Assembly (NCBI GenBank): GCA_028280285.1
Contig: JANQMA010000026.1
Span: 64,822-128,821, forward strand
From: Candidatus Omnitrophota bacterium
GTDB taxonomy: Bacteria > Omnitrophota > Gorgyraeia > Zapsychrales > Zapsychraceae
Length of the DNA stretch: 64,000 nt
Reading direction: 5' to 3'
Made by a program: the position numbers and the translations under genes. This document shows positions 46,761 through 56,899 of this stretch, in pieces. Within the stretch, counting starts at the first letter, position 1. Each line of letters opens with the position of its first letter. A model generated the notes under the pieces. That model did not search any database. It was not told the DNA's origin and worked only from the letters and a program-made list of their open reading frames with translations.

Positions 46761-47873
46761 TCAATTAGCAAAGTCAAACTCTATGACCAGAAGTCCTATC
46801 CCCGTAAAGATAATCGGGGCGGTCCAGGCAGAAAGCGTGGGGGGCAGCACCCCGCCTTTGCCGAGGGCAAGCGCAACGGCATTGGCGACATAATAGAGAA
46901 AACCGATGGCCATGGCAATACCAAGCGAAGTAAAGGTGGTGCCTTTGCGGTTTTTCATCATCAAAGCAAACGGCAGGCCTAACAGCACAATGACAAAATT
47001 ACCGAACGGATAAGCAATCTTTTGGTGATAATCAACACGCAGTTTGTTAAGCGCTTTGTTAGCCCCGCTGTCGGCGAAGCGTTCAATATATTGTCCCAAC
47101 TCACGGATGTTCATCGCGCGCACATTAAGACGCTGTTTAACAAAATCACGCGGGGTCTCTTTAATATCCATGAGCTTTTCATTATATACCTTAATTTTAA
47201 GAGGACTTCTTACCCCCTTTTCGCCGTACGTTGTAATCTGCGCGCGGTAAAACTTCCAGGCGATGCCGGTCCAGCGGCCTTCGAGCGCGATGATCTTTTG
47301 CACTAAATTTTGATTGTTATCGTATTCGAGAATAGTGATACCGGAGAGTTTATTTTCTTTGGCCGCGAATGTGTCGATGTAATACAACCTGTTTCTCAGT
47401 CCGTAAAAGGTGAGGTTTTTGATAATCTTTTCTTTTTTGTATTTGCGGTCGACTTCAAGGATCATGTATTGATTTTCGATTTCTTTTTGTTCGGCGGTGG
47501 CATAAGGAACAAATTTTTCATTCACCCAGAAAATAACGACGGACAGAAAAAGCGCGAAAATTAGTGCCGGCCTTACGATTTTCCAAAAGTTCATACCGCT
47601 TGCGCGCATAACAGTGATTTCATTGTGATTGCTTAAAGCGCTGTACGTTAAAAGTACAGAGATAAGACAGGCAATTGATGATGTCTGCGAGACAATATCA
47701 GGCATGGCGTAAAGATAATACTGGATGATAATCTCCAGAGGAATTTTACGGTCGATGAATTCATCCAAATGGCCCGTCGAATCAAAGAGAATAAAGAGCC
47801 CCGTAAAAATGACAAGCGTTGCGATAAACGTGGTCAAGATGGATGTTGATATGTAGCGGTCTAAGAGGCGCAT
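46761..47873 (-). CDS. lptG: LPS export permease LptG (YjgP/YjgQ family)
   Basis: It has 6 TM segments and a periplasmic beta-jellyroll insert. It is the second of two tandem, overlapping YjgP/YjgQ genes. Confidence 0.7.
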   Translation of the reverse strand: MRLLDRYISTSILTTFIATLVIFTGLFILFDSTGHLDEFIDRKIPLEIIIQYYLYAMPDIVSQTSSIACLISVLLTYSALSNHNEITVMRASGMNFWKIVRPALIFALFLSVVIFWVNEKFVPYATAEQKEIENQYMILEVDRKYKKEKIIKNLTFYGLRNRLYYIDTFAAKENKLSGITILEYDNNQNLVQKIIALEGRWTGIAWKFYRAQITTYGEKGVRSPLKIKVYNEKLMDIKETPRDFVKQRLNVRAMNIRELGQYIERFADSGANKALNKLRVDYHQKIAYPFGNFVIVLLGLPFALMMKNRKGTTFTSLGIAMAIGFLYYVANAVALALGKGGVLPPTLSAWTAPIIFTGIGLLVIEFDFAN

Positions 47874-48946
47874 TTGATATTAAGTATGGTTGCGGCCGTT
47901 AAGCCGATAACATTCGGTGCCCACATAATATAGTAGGCGCTCATGATTCCTTCGCGGGCCAGGGCTTCGGCTCCTATGGTCAAAAGATAATACGTCGAGC
48001 CGCAAATAAAGGCCACGACGACATTGGCAGACTTCTCCCGTTTATTAGTAATAACGGCAATCGGAAAACCAAGCAGGATAAAAACAATGGGTGATAAGGA
48101 AATGGTTATTTTACGCATGTATTCTGTTTCATAGCGGTGTGTATCTACCAGAAGTACTTTAAGCTTTTCGATTTCTTTTTCTAATTCTTTAAGCGTCATG
48201 CTCTTTGGTTTTTTCTGCAGTTTTTTCTTATCCTTATTTAAATCAAGCGTCATGAAATAGTTTTTGAAATTCAGTTTATAGAAGCTGCTGCCGTCATTCA
48301 TGTTGGGCTCATCGGAAGTTCCGTCCATGAGTTTGAGTTTGATTTGATCGGTACCGGGGATATGGGTAAACTCACCTTTTTTGGCAATGATGGTGCGTGT
48401 CGGTCCGTTTTCTTTCGGCTGGTATATGGTGATATTTTCCATCTTGCTGCCGTCGATCTTATGGATAAAGACAACTTGTCCTTGAAAGGCGTGGATGAAT
48501 ACGCCGGCTTCAAGCATGGCGGTTGGGTTTTGAACGCCGATATTTTTAAGCAGTTTATGGCGCGCGTGATGAGCGTAGGGAATCAGTTTATCGTTTAAGA
48601 TCAGCGCAAAAAGACTCATAATAATACTGAGTGTTACAAGCGGAATGAGAAGTTTAAGAATATGAAAACCACTGGCCCGAAGCGCCAGGATTTCATTGTC
48701 GGTGGACATCCGGCTGAAGGCAACAATAACGGCAAAAAGCGTTGCGATCGGAAGTGTATAGCCGAGTAAAAGGGGTATGGAAAGGACAAAAGCCTGGCTA
48801 ACAACGGAGACCGGCACACCTTTGTTGATCACAAGGTTCGCCAGATTAATCAGATTTCCCAGAAGAAAGACAGAAGTCAGGACCGTAAGCGCAATAATAA
48901 AGGGAAGAAAGCATTCTTTAAGAATGTAGTTACGGATAATGCGCAT
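47861..48946 (-). CDS. lptF: LPS export permease LptF (YjgP/YjgQ family)
   Basis: It shares the architecture of the downstream paralog and is the first gene of the pair. Confidence 0.7.
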   Translation of the reverse strand: MRIIRNYILKECFLPFIIALTVLTSVFLLGNLINLANLVINKGVPVSVVSQAFVLSIPLLLGYTLPIATLFAVIVAFSRMSTDNEILALRASGFHILKLLIPLVTLSIIMSLFALILNDKLIPYAHHARHKLLKNIGVQNPTAMLEAGVFIHAFQGQVVFIHKIDGSKMENITIYQPKENGPTRTIIAKKGEFTHIPGTDQIKLKLMDGTSDEPNMNDGSSFYKLNFKNYFMTLDLNKDKKKLQKKPKSMTLKELEKEIEKLKVLLVDTHRYETEYMRKITISLSPIVFILLGFPIAVITNKREKSANVVVAFICGSTYYLLTIGAEALAREGIMSAYYIMWAPNVIGLTAATILNIKCAS

Positions 48947-48952
48947 AAAAAA

Positions 48953-49681
48953 TTAGGTTGCGATCGCCAGGCAAAATACGCCGACTTGCTTGGCCCCGTT
49001 AAGTTTAAGTGTTTTAGCTGCCTCAGACGCTGTTGCTCCGGTTGTGAGTAAATCATCAATCAACAGAATGGATTTGCCGCAAACGCCATCGGGGTGCCTT
49101 ATTTTAAAAGCCCCCTGTATGTTTGTAAAGCGTTCTTTTTTATCTAATTGCGCATGATTCTGGGTGTTTTTCTTCTTGATGAGGTTATTTTTACTAATAT
49201 TAATATTATATTTCTTTTTTATTTCCAGAGCCAGCAGCTCTGCCTGATTATAGCCACGCTCACGGTGCTTGCTTGGAAAAAGCGGGATGGGCATAAGCAG
49301 ATCAAATTGGTCAATATCCAGTTTATAGTGTGTGAGAAATTCCTGCATGCAGTAGCCAAAGAGCTTGCGCAGTCCCGTTTTTTGACGGTATTTAAAGCCG
49401 TGGATCAGTTCGCGCAGCCGTCCGTGAAAATGGCACGCGCACCAGGCAAAGTCAAAGTCCGGGTTTTGTTTTTGGCAGATACAGTTTTGGTTGTGCGTCC
49501 CGCGGCGATGTATGTGGCGCATGCACTTGGCGCAAAACGGCGGATGATTGAAGCGAATAAATTGTTGAAAGGCCGGGCAGCAATCTTTATGGGGATGAGG
49601 CTCTGCGCTATATTTCGCGCAAACAGGGCAGATCGGGGGGTAGACCAAATCGCATAGTCCATGCCATAAGGCCGTGATCAT
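48953..49681 (-). CDS. comF: ComF family phosphoribosyltransferase-domain protein
   Basis: It has an N-terminal Cys-rich Zn finger (CPVC...C...C) and a C-terminal PRTase motif (LLIDDLLTTGAT). Confidence 0.7.
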   Translation of the reverse strand: MITALWHGLCDLVYPPICPVCAKYSAEPHPHKDCCPAFQQFIRFNHPPFCAKCMRHIHRRGTHNQNCICQKQNPDFDFAWCACHFHGRLRELIHGFKYRQKTGLRKLFGYCMQEFLTHYKLDIDQFDLLMPIPLFPSKHRERGYNQAELLALEIKKKYNINISKNNLIKKKNTQNHAQLDKKERFTNIQGAFKIRHPDGVCGKSILLIDDLLTTGATASEAAKTLKLNGAKQVGVFCLAIAT

Positions 49682-49786
49682 AAAAAGACTTTAACACAGT
49701 CTTGGGCCACCGTCAAATTTGAGGATGTTGGAATTTGCATCGCAGGCTTTTCGATGTATAATATGGGCAGTATTTAAATAGACAGC

Positions 49787-49853
49787 GATGCTCGTTGCTA
49801 GATGCTGGTTGCTAGGCTCCACGAGCGACTAGCATCGAGGATCTAGCATCCAA
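49787..49853. repeat. palindrome of the gatgctag-unit family (gatgctcgttgctagatgctggttgctagg ... cgagcgactagcatcgaggatctagcatcc)
   Basis: It lies in the divergent region between comF on the minus strand and the small secreted ORF. Confidence 0.65.
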
Positions 49854-49874
49854 AATCTAAGAATTGGTCATAAT

Positions 49875-50186
49875 ATGAAAAGACTACTGCTTTTAGCTTG
49901 TTTTATCTTTGTTTCTGCCGCTCCTGCAGCCTCCTTTTTGTATGAAATCAAGATGTCTTCCACGGAGGAAATTAAGGCCATGAATGACAAGGCCTTGACC
50001 GATGCCTATATTGAGGCCAAGATTGAAGAAAAGGCCAGCCGTGAATTTGTGGAGGCCGCCGGGTTTAATTCCGCTAAAGATTATGGTAACCGGAAAAAAC
50101 TTTTGCGTTACATATTTGATTTGCGGCGCGAAATCGGCACGCGGGCATCGATTAATATCGATGATATTGATAAGTATTTGGAGTAA
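49875..50186 (+). CDS. hypothetical small secreted protein
   Basis: 103 aa with a signal peptide and no other motif. It is followed by a 25-bp-stem hairpin. Confidence 0.4.
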   Translation: MKRLLLLACFIFVSAAPAASFLYEIKMSSTEEIKAMNDKALTDAYIEAKIEEKASREFVEAAGFNSAKDYGNRKKLLRYIFDLRREIGTRASINIDDIDKYLE

Positions 50187-50187
50187 T

Positions 50188-50244
50188 AATTAAGGGGACA
50201 CAATACTTAATTAAAAAATAATTAAGTATTGTGTCCCCTTAATT
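50188..50244 (+). terminator. perfect 25-bp-stem hairpin after the small secreted ORF
   Basis: The hairpin is aattaaggggacacaatacttaatt aaaaaat aattaagtattgtgtccccttaatt, with no clear U tract. Confidence 0.45.
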
Positions 50245-50267
50245 ACGAAAAATAGAAAGAAGGACGC

Positions 50268-50822
50268 ATGAGTATTGAAGAACAAAAAAAAAGGCTTCTG
50301 GAAATTATCAAAACAACAGCCTATTTTCGTGAAAAAATTGTATTATCATCGGGGAAAGAGAGTGACTATTACGTTGACGCGCGTTTGGTGACGCTGACAC
50401 CCGAGGGTGTGTCGCTTACCGCCAGTTTGATGCTTGACCTTGTCAAAGATGATGCTATTGATGCGATCGGTGGTCCGACGCTCGGTGCCGATCCGATGAT
50501 CGGCGCACTTGGTGTCATTAGCCTTCAGAACGGACGACCGTTGAATAATTTTATTATCCGCAAAGAACCGAAGGGGCATGGCCGCGGACGCATGGTCGAA
50601 GGGCCTGCAATAAAAGAAGGAAGCAAGGTGGTGATTGTCGACGATGTCGCTACCACCGGCAAGGCCTTTTTGCATTCTCTGGATGTGATGAAAGAGATGA
50701 ATGTTGAGGTTGTTAAATGTGTGGCGATTGTTGATCGCGAAGAAGGCGCGGCTGAGGCTATAGCCGCTAAAGGCAGTCAATTAGTTTCAATATTTAAAGC
50801 AACAGATATTCATGTGAAGTAG
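50268..50822 (+). CDS. pyrE: orotate phosphoribosyltransferase
   Basis: It has the PRTase PRPP-binding motif (VVIVDDVATTGKA) and the PyrE N-terminal hood. Confidence 0.85.
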   Translation: MSIEEQKKRLLEIIKTTAYFREKIVLSSGKESDYYVDARLVTLTPEGVSLTASLMLDLVKDDAIDAIGGPTLGADPMIGALGVISLQNGRPLNNFIIRKEPKGHGRGRMVEGPAIKEGSKVVIVDDVATTGKAFLHSLDVMKEMNVEVVKCVAIVDREEGAAEAIAAKGSQLVSIFKATDIHVK

Positions 50823-50837
50823 CGAATAAACAAACAG

Positions 50838-50898
50838 TTGCTCGTTGCTAGATGCTAGTCGCTCGTGGATGCTAGCAACCAGCAACAAGCAACCAGCA
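50838..50898. repeat. palindrome of the gatgctag-unit family (gttgctcgttgctagatgctagtcgc ... gatgctagcaaccagcaacaagcaaccagcaac)
   Basis: It lies in the pyrE/maf intergenic region. Confidence 0.65.
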
Positions 50899-50903
50899 AC
50901 TAA

Positions 50904-52235
50904 ATGAAAAAGATAATCCTCGCCTCCAACTCGGCCCAACGCAAAAATCTGCTTAAGATGACGGGTCTTGCTTTTACGGTCAAACCATCTAATGTTGAAG
51001 AAGACAAAGTTATTACCTCCACATGTGCCGCGCTTGTGAAAAAGAATGCGTTTCTTAAAGCCCGGGATATCGCCTCGCGGCTTAAAGACGGTATTGTGAT
51101 TGGTTCTGACACAGTTGTTTATTTAGGGAAGAAAAAAATTATTCTCAAACCAAAAACGCTTAAACAAGCTAAAAGTGATCTGAAAAAGTTAATGGTGCGC
51201 CCTCAATGGGTGTATTCGGGGGTGGCCGTCATCAATGCCAAAACAGGACGCACACTCATCGATTATGAAAAGACAAAAGTGTTTATGAATAAGTTGAGTG
51301 ATAAAGAAATTAAAGCCTATCACAGAAAAGTTAATCCGCTGGATAAGGCCGGTGGGTTTGATATCGAGGGGCTTGGGAGTTTATTTATTCATCGTGTGGA
51401 AGGATGTTACACGAATGTCATTGGCATGCCGATGGCGAAATTAAAAAAGATGCTCGCCAAGTTTGGCGTCAGTATTTTAAGTGTGTTATTGGTGGTAACG
51501 GCCGGTGGATGCACGTCTGAGTTTAATCTGGCAACTAATCAGCAGGAATATCATATGTATAGCACGGCTAGAGAAGTTAAGATGGGGGCCAAGGTGGCCG
51601 CAAAGATTAATGAGAAGTTGGATCTTTATCATGGCGTTGAAGAGGATGAACGTGTGCGTGAGATCCTTGACCGTATCGTCGCGGTGTGTGACCGTCGGGA
51701 TATCCTTTATCATATCAAGATCATTGATGAAGATGTGGTCAATGCCTTTGCGCTTCCCGGAGGTTTTATTTATGTGTTTAAAGGCTTGATTGATGAGGCA
51801 GACACGGATGATGAGTTAGCCAGTGTTATTGCCCATGAAGTTGCTCATATAACAGCCCGGCATAATGTTAAGCGCCTGCAGGCCTCTTACGGGGCGATGT
51901 TGACTCAAATTGCTGCAACGAGTGTTGAACATCAAGGCTCAGCCGGTGCGGTGAGCTTTGCGATTGCGTCGATGATGAGCACTTATTCACAGGAAGCCGA
52001 GCATGAGGCCGATAGGTTATCGGTCAAATATCTGAAGGCAGCCGGCTATAATCCCAATGCCGCAGCTGATTTTCTGGAAAAGTTGAAAAAGAAAAACGAA
52101 GAGGCGGGTCCTCGCCGCTTTAGTTACTTTAAAACACATCCTAATACGGCGCGTCGTATCGGCGTTGTCCGTCAAGAAATTACCGGGCAACTTAATTTCC
52201 GCGATTATCTTAATATAACCGAAAATGAATATTAG
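50904..52235 (+). CDS. maf: Maf nucleotide pyrophosphatase fused in-frame to a lipoprotein-type M48 metallopeptidase
   Basis: The first ~185 aa are Maf (ILASNSAQRKNLL...GSDTVV...VIGMP). At residue 183 a signal peptide with a lipobox (MLAKFGVSILSVLLVVTAGGC) begins, followed by an M48 domain with HEXXH (HEVAHITARH) and a downstream E. Confidence 0.7.
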   Translation: MKKIILASNSAQRKNLLKMTGLAFTVKPSNVEEDKVITSTCAALVKKNAFLKARDIASRLKDGIVIGSDTVVYLGKKKIILKPKTLKQAKSDLKKLMVRPQWVYSGVAVINAKTGRTLIDYEKTKVFMNKLSDKEIKAYHRKVNPLDKAGGFDIEGLGSLFIHRVEGCYTNVIGMPMAKLKKMLAKFGVSILSVLLVVTAGGCTSEFNLATNQQEYHMYSTAREVKMGAKVAAKINEKLDLYHGVEEDERVREILDRIVAVCDRRDILYHIKIIDEDVVNAFALPGGFIYVFKGLIDEADTDDELASVIAHEVAHITARHNVKRLQASYGAMLTQIAATSVEHQGSAGAVSFAIASMMSTYSQEAEHEADRLSVKYLKAAGYNPNAAADFLEKLKKKNEEAGPRRFSYFKTHPNTARRIGVVRQEITGQLNFRDYLNITENEY

Positions 52236-52662
52236 AATCCTATTTTGTTTGGTGTGTGTCTTTTTGTCTTTTGGATGTTCGGCCCAGGCGCGTGACCAAG
52301 TGTGTATGAAAACGTATTGTTTTGATGTTGAGGTGATGCGCACAGCCGAGGAGCAAAGCCGCGGTATGCAGAATCGTGCACAAATAACCGAGAATGAAGG
52401 CATGTTGTTTGTGTTTAATTATGATGGCAGACATTCTTTTTGGATGAAGAATACACTAATCGCGCTTGATATGATCTGGATCGACCGCAATAATAAAGTT
52501 GTGACGATTGTCAAACAAGCCGGACCTTGCCTATCAGAGCGTTGTCCTGTTTTTAAACCTGAAAAAAAAGCGCGGTATGTTTTAGAAATTGGTGGCGGCT
52601 TAAGCGACAAGCTTGGCATTACTGTTGGCGATGATGTCGTTATGCGAATTATTGACAAATAA
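52225..52662 (+). CDS. DUF192 family secreted protein
   Basis: It has a signal peptide and conserved MLFVF...W and DMIWID motifs typical of DUF192. Confidence 0.6.
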   Translation: MNIRILFCLVCVFLSFGCSAQARDQVCMKTYCFDVEVMRTAEEQSRGMQNRAQITENEGMLFVFNYDGRHSFWMKNTLIALDMIWIDRNNKVVTIVKQAGPCLSERCPVFKPEKKARYVLEIGGGLSDKLGITVGDDVVMRIIDK

Positions 52663-52708
52663 CCGCAACAAGCACCGGGTGCCTGGGCACCCGGTGCTTG
52701 TTGCGGTT
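52661..52708 (+). terminator. perfect 23-bp-stem hairpin (terminator-like, no U tract) after the DUF192 gene
   Basis: The hairpin is aaccgcaacaagcaccgggtgcc tgg gcacccggtgcttgttgcggtt. Confidence 0.45.
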
Positions 52709-52787
52709 AAATAGAAAAATGATTGATAAGAGGACACTTTTTTATTACATTAACTTTGGGCATAACAATAAAACGAGGGTGACGTAA

Positions 52788-53219
52788 ATGAAACCGGTTA
52801 ATATACTTTTGGCAGAAGACAGCCCTACTGATGTGAAGATCATTGAATGGGTGCTGGAGAAAGAACTTCCGGAAAGACATTTATTTAAGGTAGGTGATGG
52901 CCAACAGGCCCTCGATTTTATTTTTCATACAGGTGATTATGAGGGTAAGGAAGATAAGGCGCCAACACCGGATTTGATTCTGCTTGATATAACAATGCCG
53001 AAAGTGGATGGTATTGAAGTGCTTAGAAAGGTTAAAGCCGACCAACGGTTTTGTGATATCCATGTGGTTATCTTAACTCATTCTCAGGATGAAGAAGATT
53101 TAAACAAGAGCTTTGAGCATGGCGCTGTTAGCTTTGTCCGCAAGACAGAAACCTACGAAGAGCTTCATAGTGTTCTTGAATTATTCCGTTCGTATTGGAC
53201 GGATAAACATGGTGATTAA
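52788..53219 (+). CDS. stand-alone response regulator receiver domain protein
   Basis: It has a CheY-like fold with the acidic pocket (LLAED), the phospho-acceptor D in LLDITMP, and a conserved K. Confidence 0.8.
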   Translation: MKPVNILLAEDSPTDVKIIEWVLEKELPERHLFKVGDGQQALDFIFHTGDYEGKEDKAPTPDLILLDITMPKVDGIEVLRKVKADQRFCDIHVVILTHSQDEEDLNKSFEHGAVSFVRKTETYEELHSVLELFRSYWTDKHGD

Positions 53220-53221
53220 AA

Positions 53222-53292
53222 TAAAAAAGCCGTAGGCCATAAGCTGTAAGCCATATGATATGGCTTACAGCTTATGGCCTACTGCTTTTTTG
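53222..53292. terminator. bidirectional rho-independent terminator between convergent genes
   Basis: An ~29-bp-stem palindrome (agccgtaggccataagctgtaagccatat g atatggcttacagcttatggcctactgct) is flanked by an A tract and a T tract. Confidence 0.65.
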
Positions 53293-53312
53293 TCCTGATT
53301 TCTAATCTCTAC

Positions 53313-53525
53313 TTAGTCGCAGCAAAGTACGTCATGTGGACGGATCGTTTTACGGCCGTTCGCTTCGCAACGTAATTGCGCTTGTTCAACCAGCCAGTAA
53401 ACATATTTGTTGATTGCATCAAGTGTATCGCCAGAAACGTTAAATGTTTTTTTGCCGCTTCCTTTAAGGGCTTCTTTTGTCTTTGATCCAACGATTAACA
53501 TATCCATTTTTTTCCCTTTTGCCAT
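53313..53525 (-). CDS. histone-fold singlet protein (bacterial histone-like, DUF1931-type)
   Basis: 70 aa (MAKGKKMDMLIVGSKTKEALKG...DTLDAINKYVYWLVEQAQLRCEANGRKTIRPHDVLCCD). A GRKTI(R)xxD(V/I) motif follows a long helix, as in archaeal HMf-type and bacterial singlet histones. A strong AAGGAG RBS lies 6 nt upstream, and the gene sits 10 nt after the lpd stop. Confidence 0.55.
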   Translation of the reverse strand: MAKGKKMDMLIVGSKTKEALKGSGKKTFNVSGDTLDAINKYVYWLVEQAQLRCEANGRKTIRPHDVLCCD

Positions 53526-53535
53526 TTTGTTCTCC

Positions 53536-55347
<1,812 letters not shown>

Positions 55348-55370
55348 GAGTTAGTCCTTTTACTGCGTAT

Positions 55371-55426
55371 ATTGTTTAATGTTTAGAGTTTAATGTTTTA
55401 AACAATAAACATTAAATTTTAAACAA
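55371..55426. repeat. palindrome of the gttta-unit family (attgtttaatgtttagagtttaatgtttt aaacaataaacattaaattttaaac)
   Basis: It lies between the E2 and E3 cistrons, inside the pyruvate dehydrogenase operon. Confidence 0.7.
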
Positions 55427-55444
55427 ATTTTTCTATTTCTATTG

Positions 55445-56740
55445 CTACGTTACTTCGATTTTTTGCTCAAGCGCTGTACAAATAAACCGCAAGAACCGTG
55501 CTGCATCAGCACCATCAATAATGCGGTGATCATACGATAAACACAAAGGAAGTTTAAGCCGCGGTTCAAACTTGTCCCCATTCCATGTTGGCTCAAAGCC
55601 GCCGCGTGAAACACCGAGGATAGAAACTTCCGGCCAATTCACAATCGGTGTAAAAGCGTGTCCGCCGATGCCACCGAGATTAGTGACGGTAATGCTTCCG
55701 CCTTGTAAATCATTGGGTAAAACTTTGCGGTCGCGTGCTTTTTGCGCAACGCCCGTTAAATCATCGGTGATCGCCACGATGCCTTTTTGATCGACATCAC
55801 GCAGAACAGGAACAAGGAGACCGTTCGGTGTATCGACCGCCACACCGATATTGACATATTGTTTGAATATAATTTCATTGCTATCCGTATCAATACTGCA
55901 ATTAAACTGTGGAAATTCTTTTAGTGCATCGGCTAACACTTTAATCAAAAACGACGTCACGGTTATTTTGCGCTCAGGTGTTGAGACTTCTTTACGATAT
56001 TTATCTAAATCGGTAACATCCGCCTTATCAAATTGGGTGACGTGAGGGATGGTTTCCCAGCAATGTGCCATGTGATCTTTGGTCACTTGGCGGATCTTGG
56101 ACATCTTTTCACGTTTAACCGCGCCGAATTTGGTGAAATCAGGAAGCGGCTTAGTTTGCTTAACGGCACCACCACCGGATAAGACGATTTGTTTAGTAAA
56201 GGCTTTAACATCGTCTTTAGAAATGCGTCCGCCCGGACCGGTGCCGGGGACTTGCGAAAGATTAATGCCGAGCTCGCGGGCCAGACGTCTTACTGCCGGT
56301 GAAGCGGCGACATCGCCTTGGGCCGGGATAGCGTGATTGGGAAGAGGTGTGCGTGCGCTAACTGTTGCCGTTTGTGCTGCGGCCGCGGCCGGTTGCGGTG
56401 CGCTCGTCGGTGCCGGCGCTGGCGCCGCAGGAGCCGGTGCAGGAGCTTTTTTTGCTTCCGGTTTTTTTTCTTCAGCCGGTGCCGGTGCAGATGCAGCACC
56501 ACTTCCGCTCTCCTCAATGCGCATAACAACCGCCCCGATGTCAACCTCATCACCTTCATTAACCAAAATTGCGCGGACAACACCATCGCACGGGGCCGGG
56601 ACAGGAAGGGAGGCCTTATCTGTCTCTACTTCCAGGAGGTCTTGGTTTGCGGTGATCGTGTCACCGACTTTGACCAAAACGCCAATCACTGTTCCTGATG
56701 TTATGCCTTCGCCAACTTCTGGCAATGTGAAATCTAACAT
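55445..56740 (-). CDS. aceF: dihydrolipoamide acetyltransferase (E2), single lipoyl domain
   Basis: It has a lipoyl domain, an Ala/Pro-rich linker, a peripheral subunit-binding domain (SPAVRRLARELGINL) and a catalytic domain with DHRIIDGA. Confidence 0.9.
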   Translation of the reverse strand: MLDFTLPEVGEGITSGTVIGVLVKVGDTITANQDLLEVETDKASLPVPAPCDGVVRAILVNEGDEVDIGAVVMRIEESGSGAASAPAPAEEKKPEAKKAPAPAPAAPAPAPTSAPQPAAAAAQTATVSARTPLPNHAIPAQGDVAASPAVRRLARELGINLSQVPGTGPGGRISKDDVKAFTKQIVLSGGGAVKQTKPLPDFTKFGAVKREKMSKIRQVTKDHMAHCWETIPHVTQFDKADVTDLDKYRKEVSTPERKITVTSFLIKVLADALKEFPQFNCSIDTDSNEIIFKQYVNIGVAVDTPNGLLVPVLRDVDQKGIVAITDDLTGVAQKARDRKVLPNDLQGGSITVTNLGGIGGHAFTPIVNWPEVSILGVSRGGFEPTWNGDKFEPRLKLPLCLSYDHRIIDGADAARFLRFICTALEQKIEVT

Positions 56741-56762
56741 GATTTAAAGATCCTATTCTTTA

Positions 56763-56880
56763 AAATAGTGATAAAGTGATACAGTGATAGTAGTGGTAGT
56801 TAAAACTTTAATTTTTAAACATAAAGAGGCTTGAGTTTTACTATGAATATTGTTTTATCACTCAAGCACTTTATCACTTT
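56763..56880. repeat. long imperfect palindrome, gtgat-unit family (aaaatagtgataaagtgatacagtgatagtagtg ... cactcaagcactttatcactttagcactttta)
   Basis: It lies between the aceE and E2 cistrons, inside the pyruvate dehydrogenase operon. Confidence 0.65.
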
Positions 56881-56899
56881 AGCACTTTTAACGATTAAT

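Noticed and set aside
46683-46982. 99-aa + strand ORF overlapping the lptG 3' end and the degenerate repeat element
   Set aside because: It is the antisense of a hydrophobic membrane-protein C-terminus, which gives a Gly/Arg/Lys-rich artefact. Its start lies inside a repeat element, and it has no RBS.
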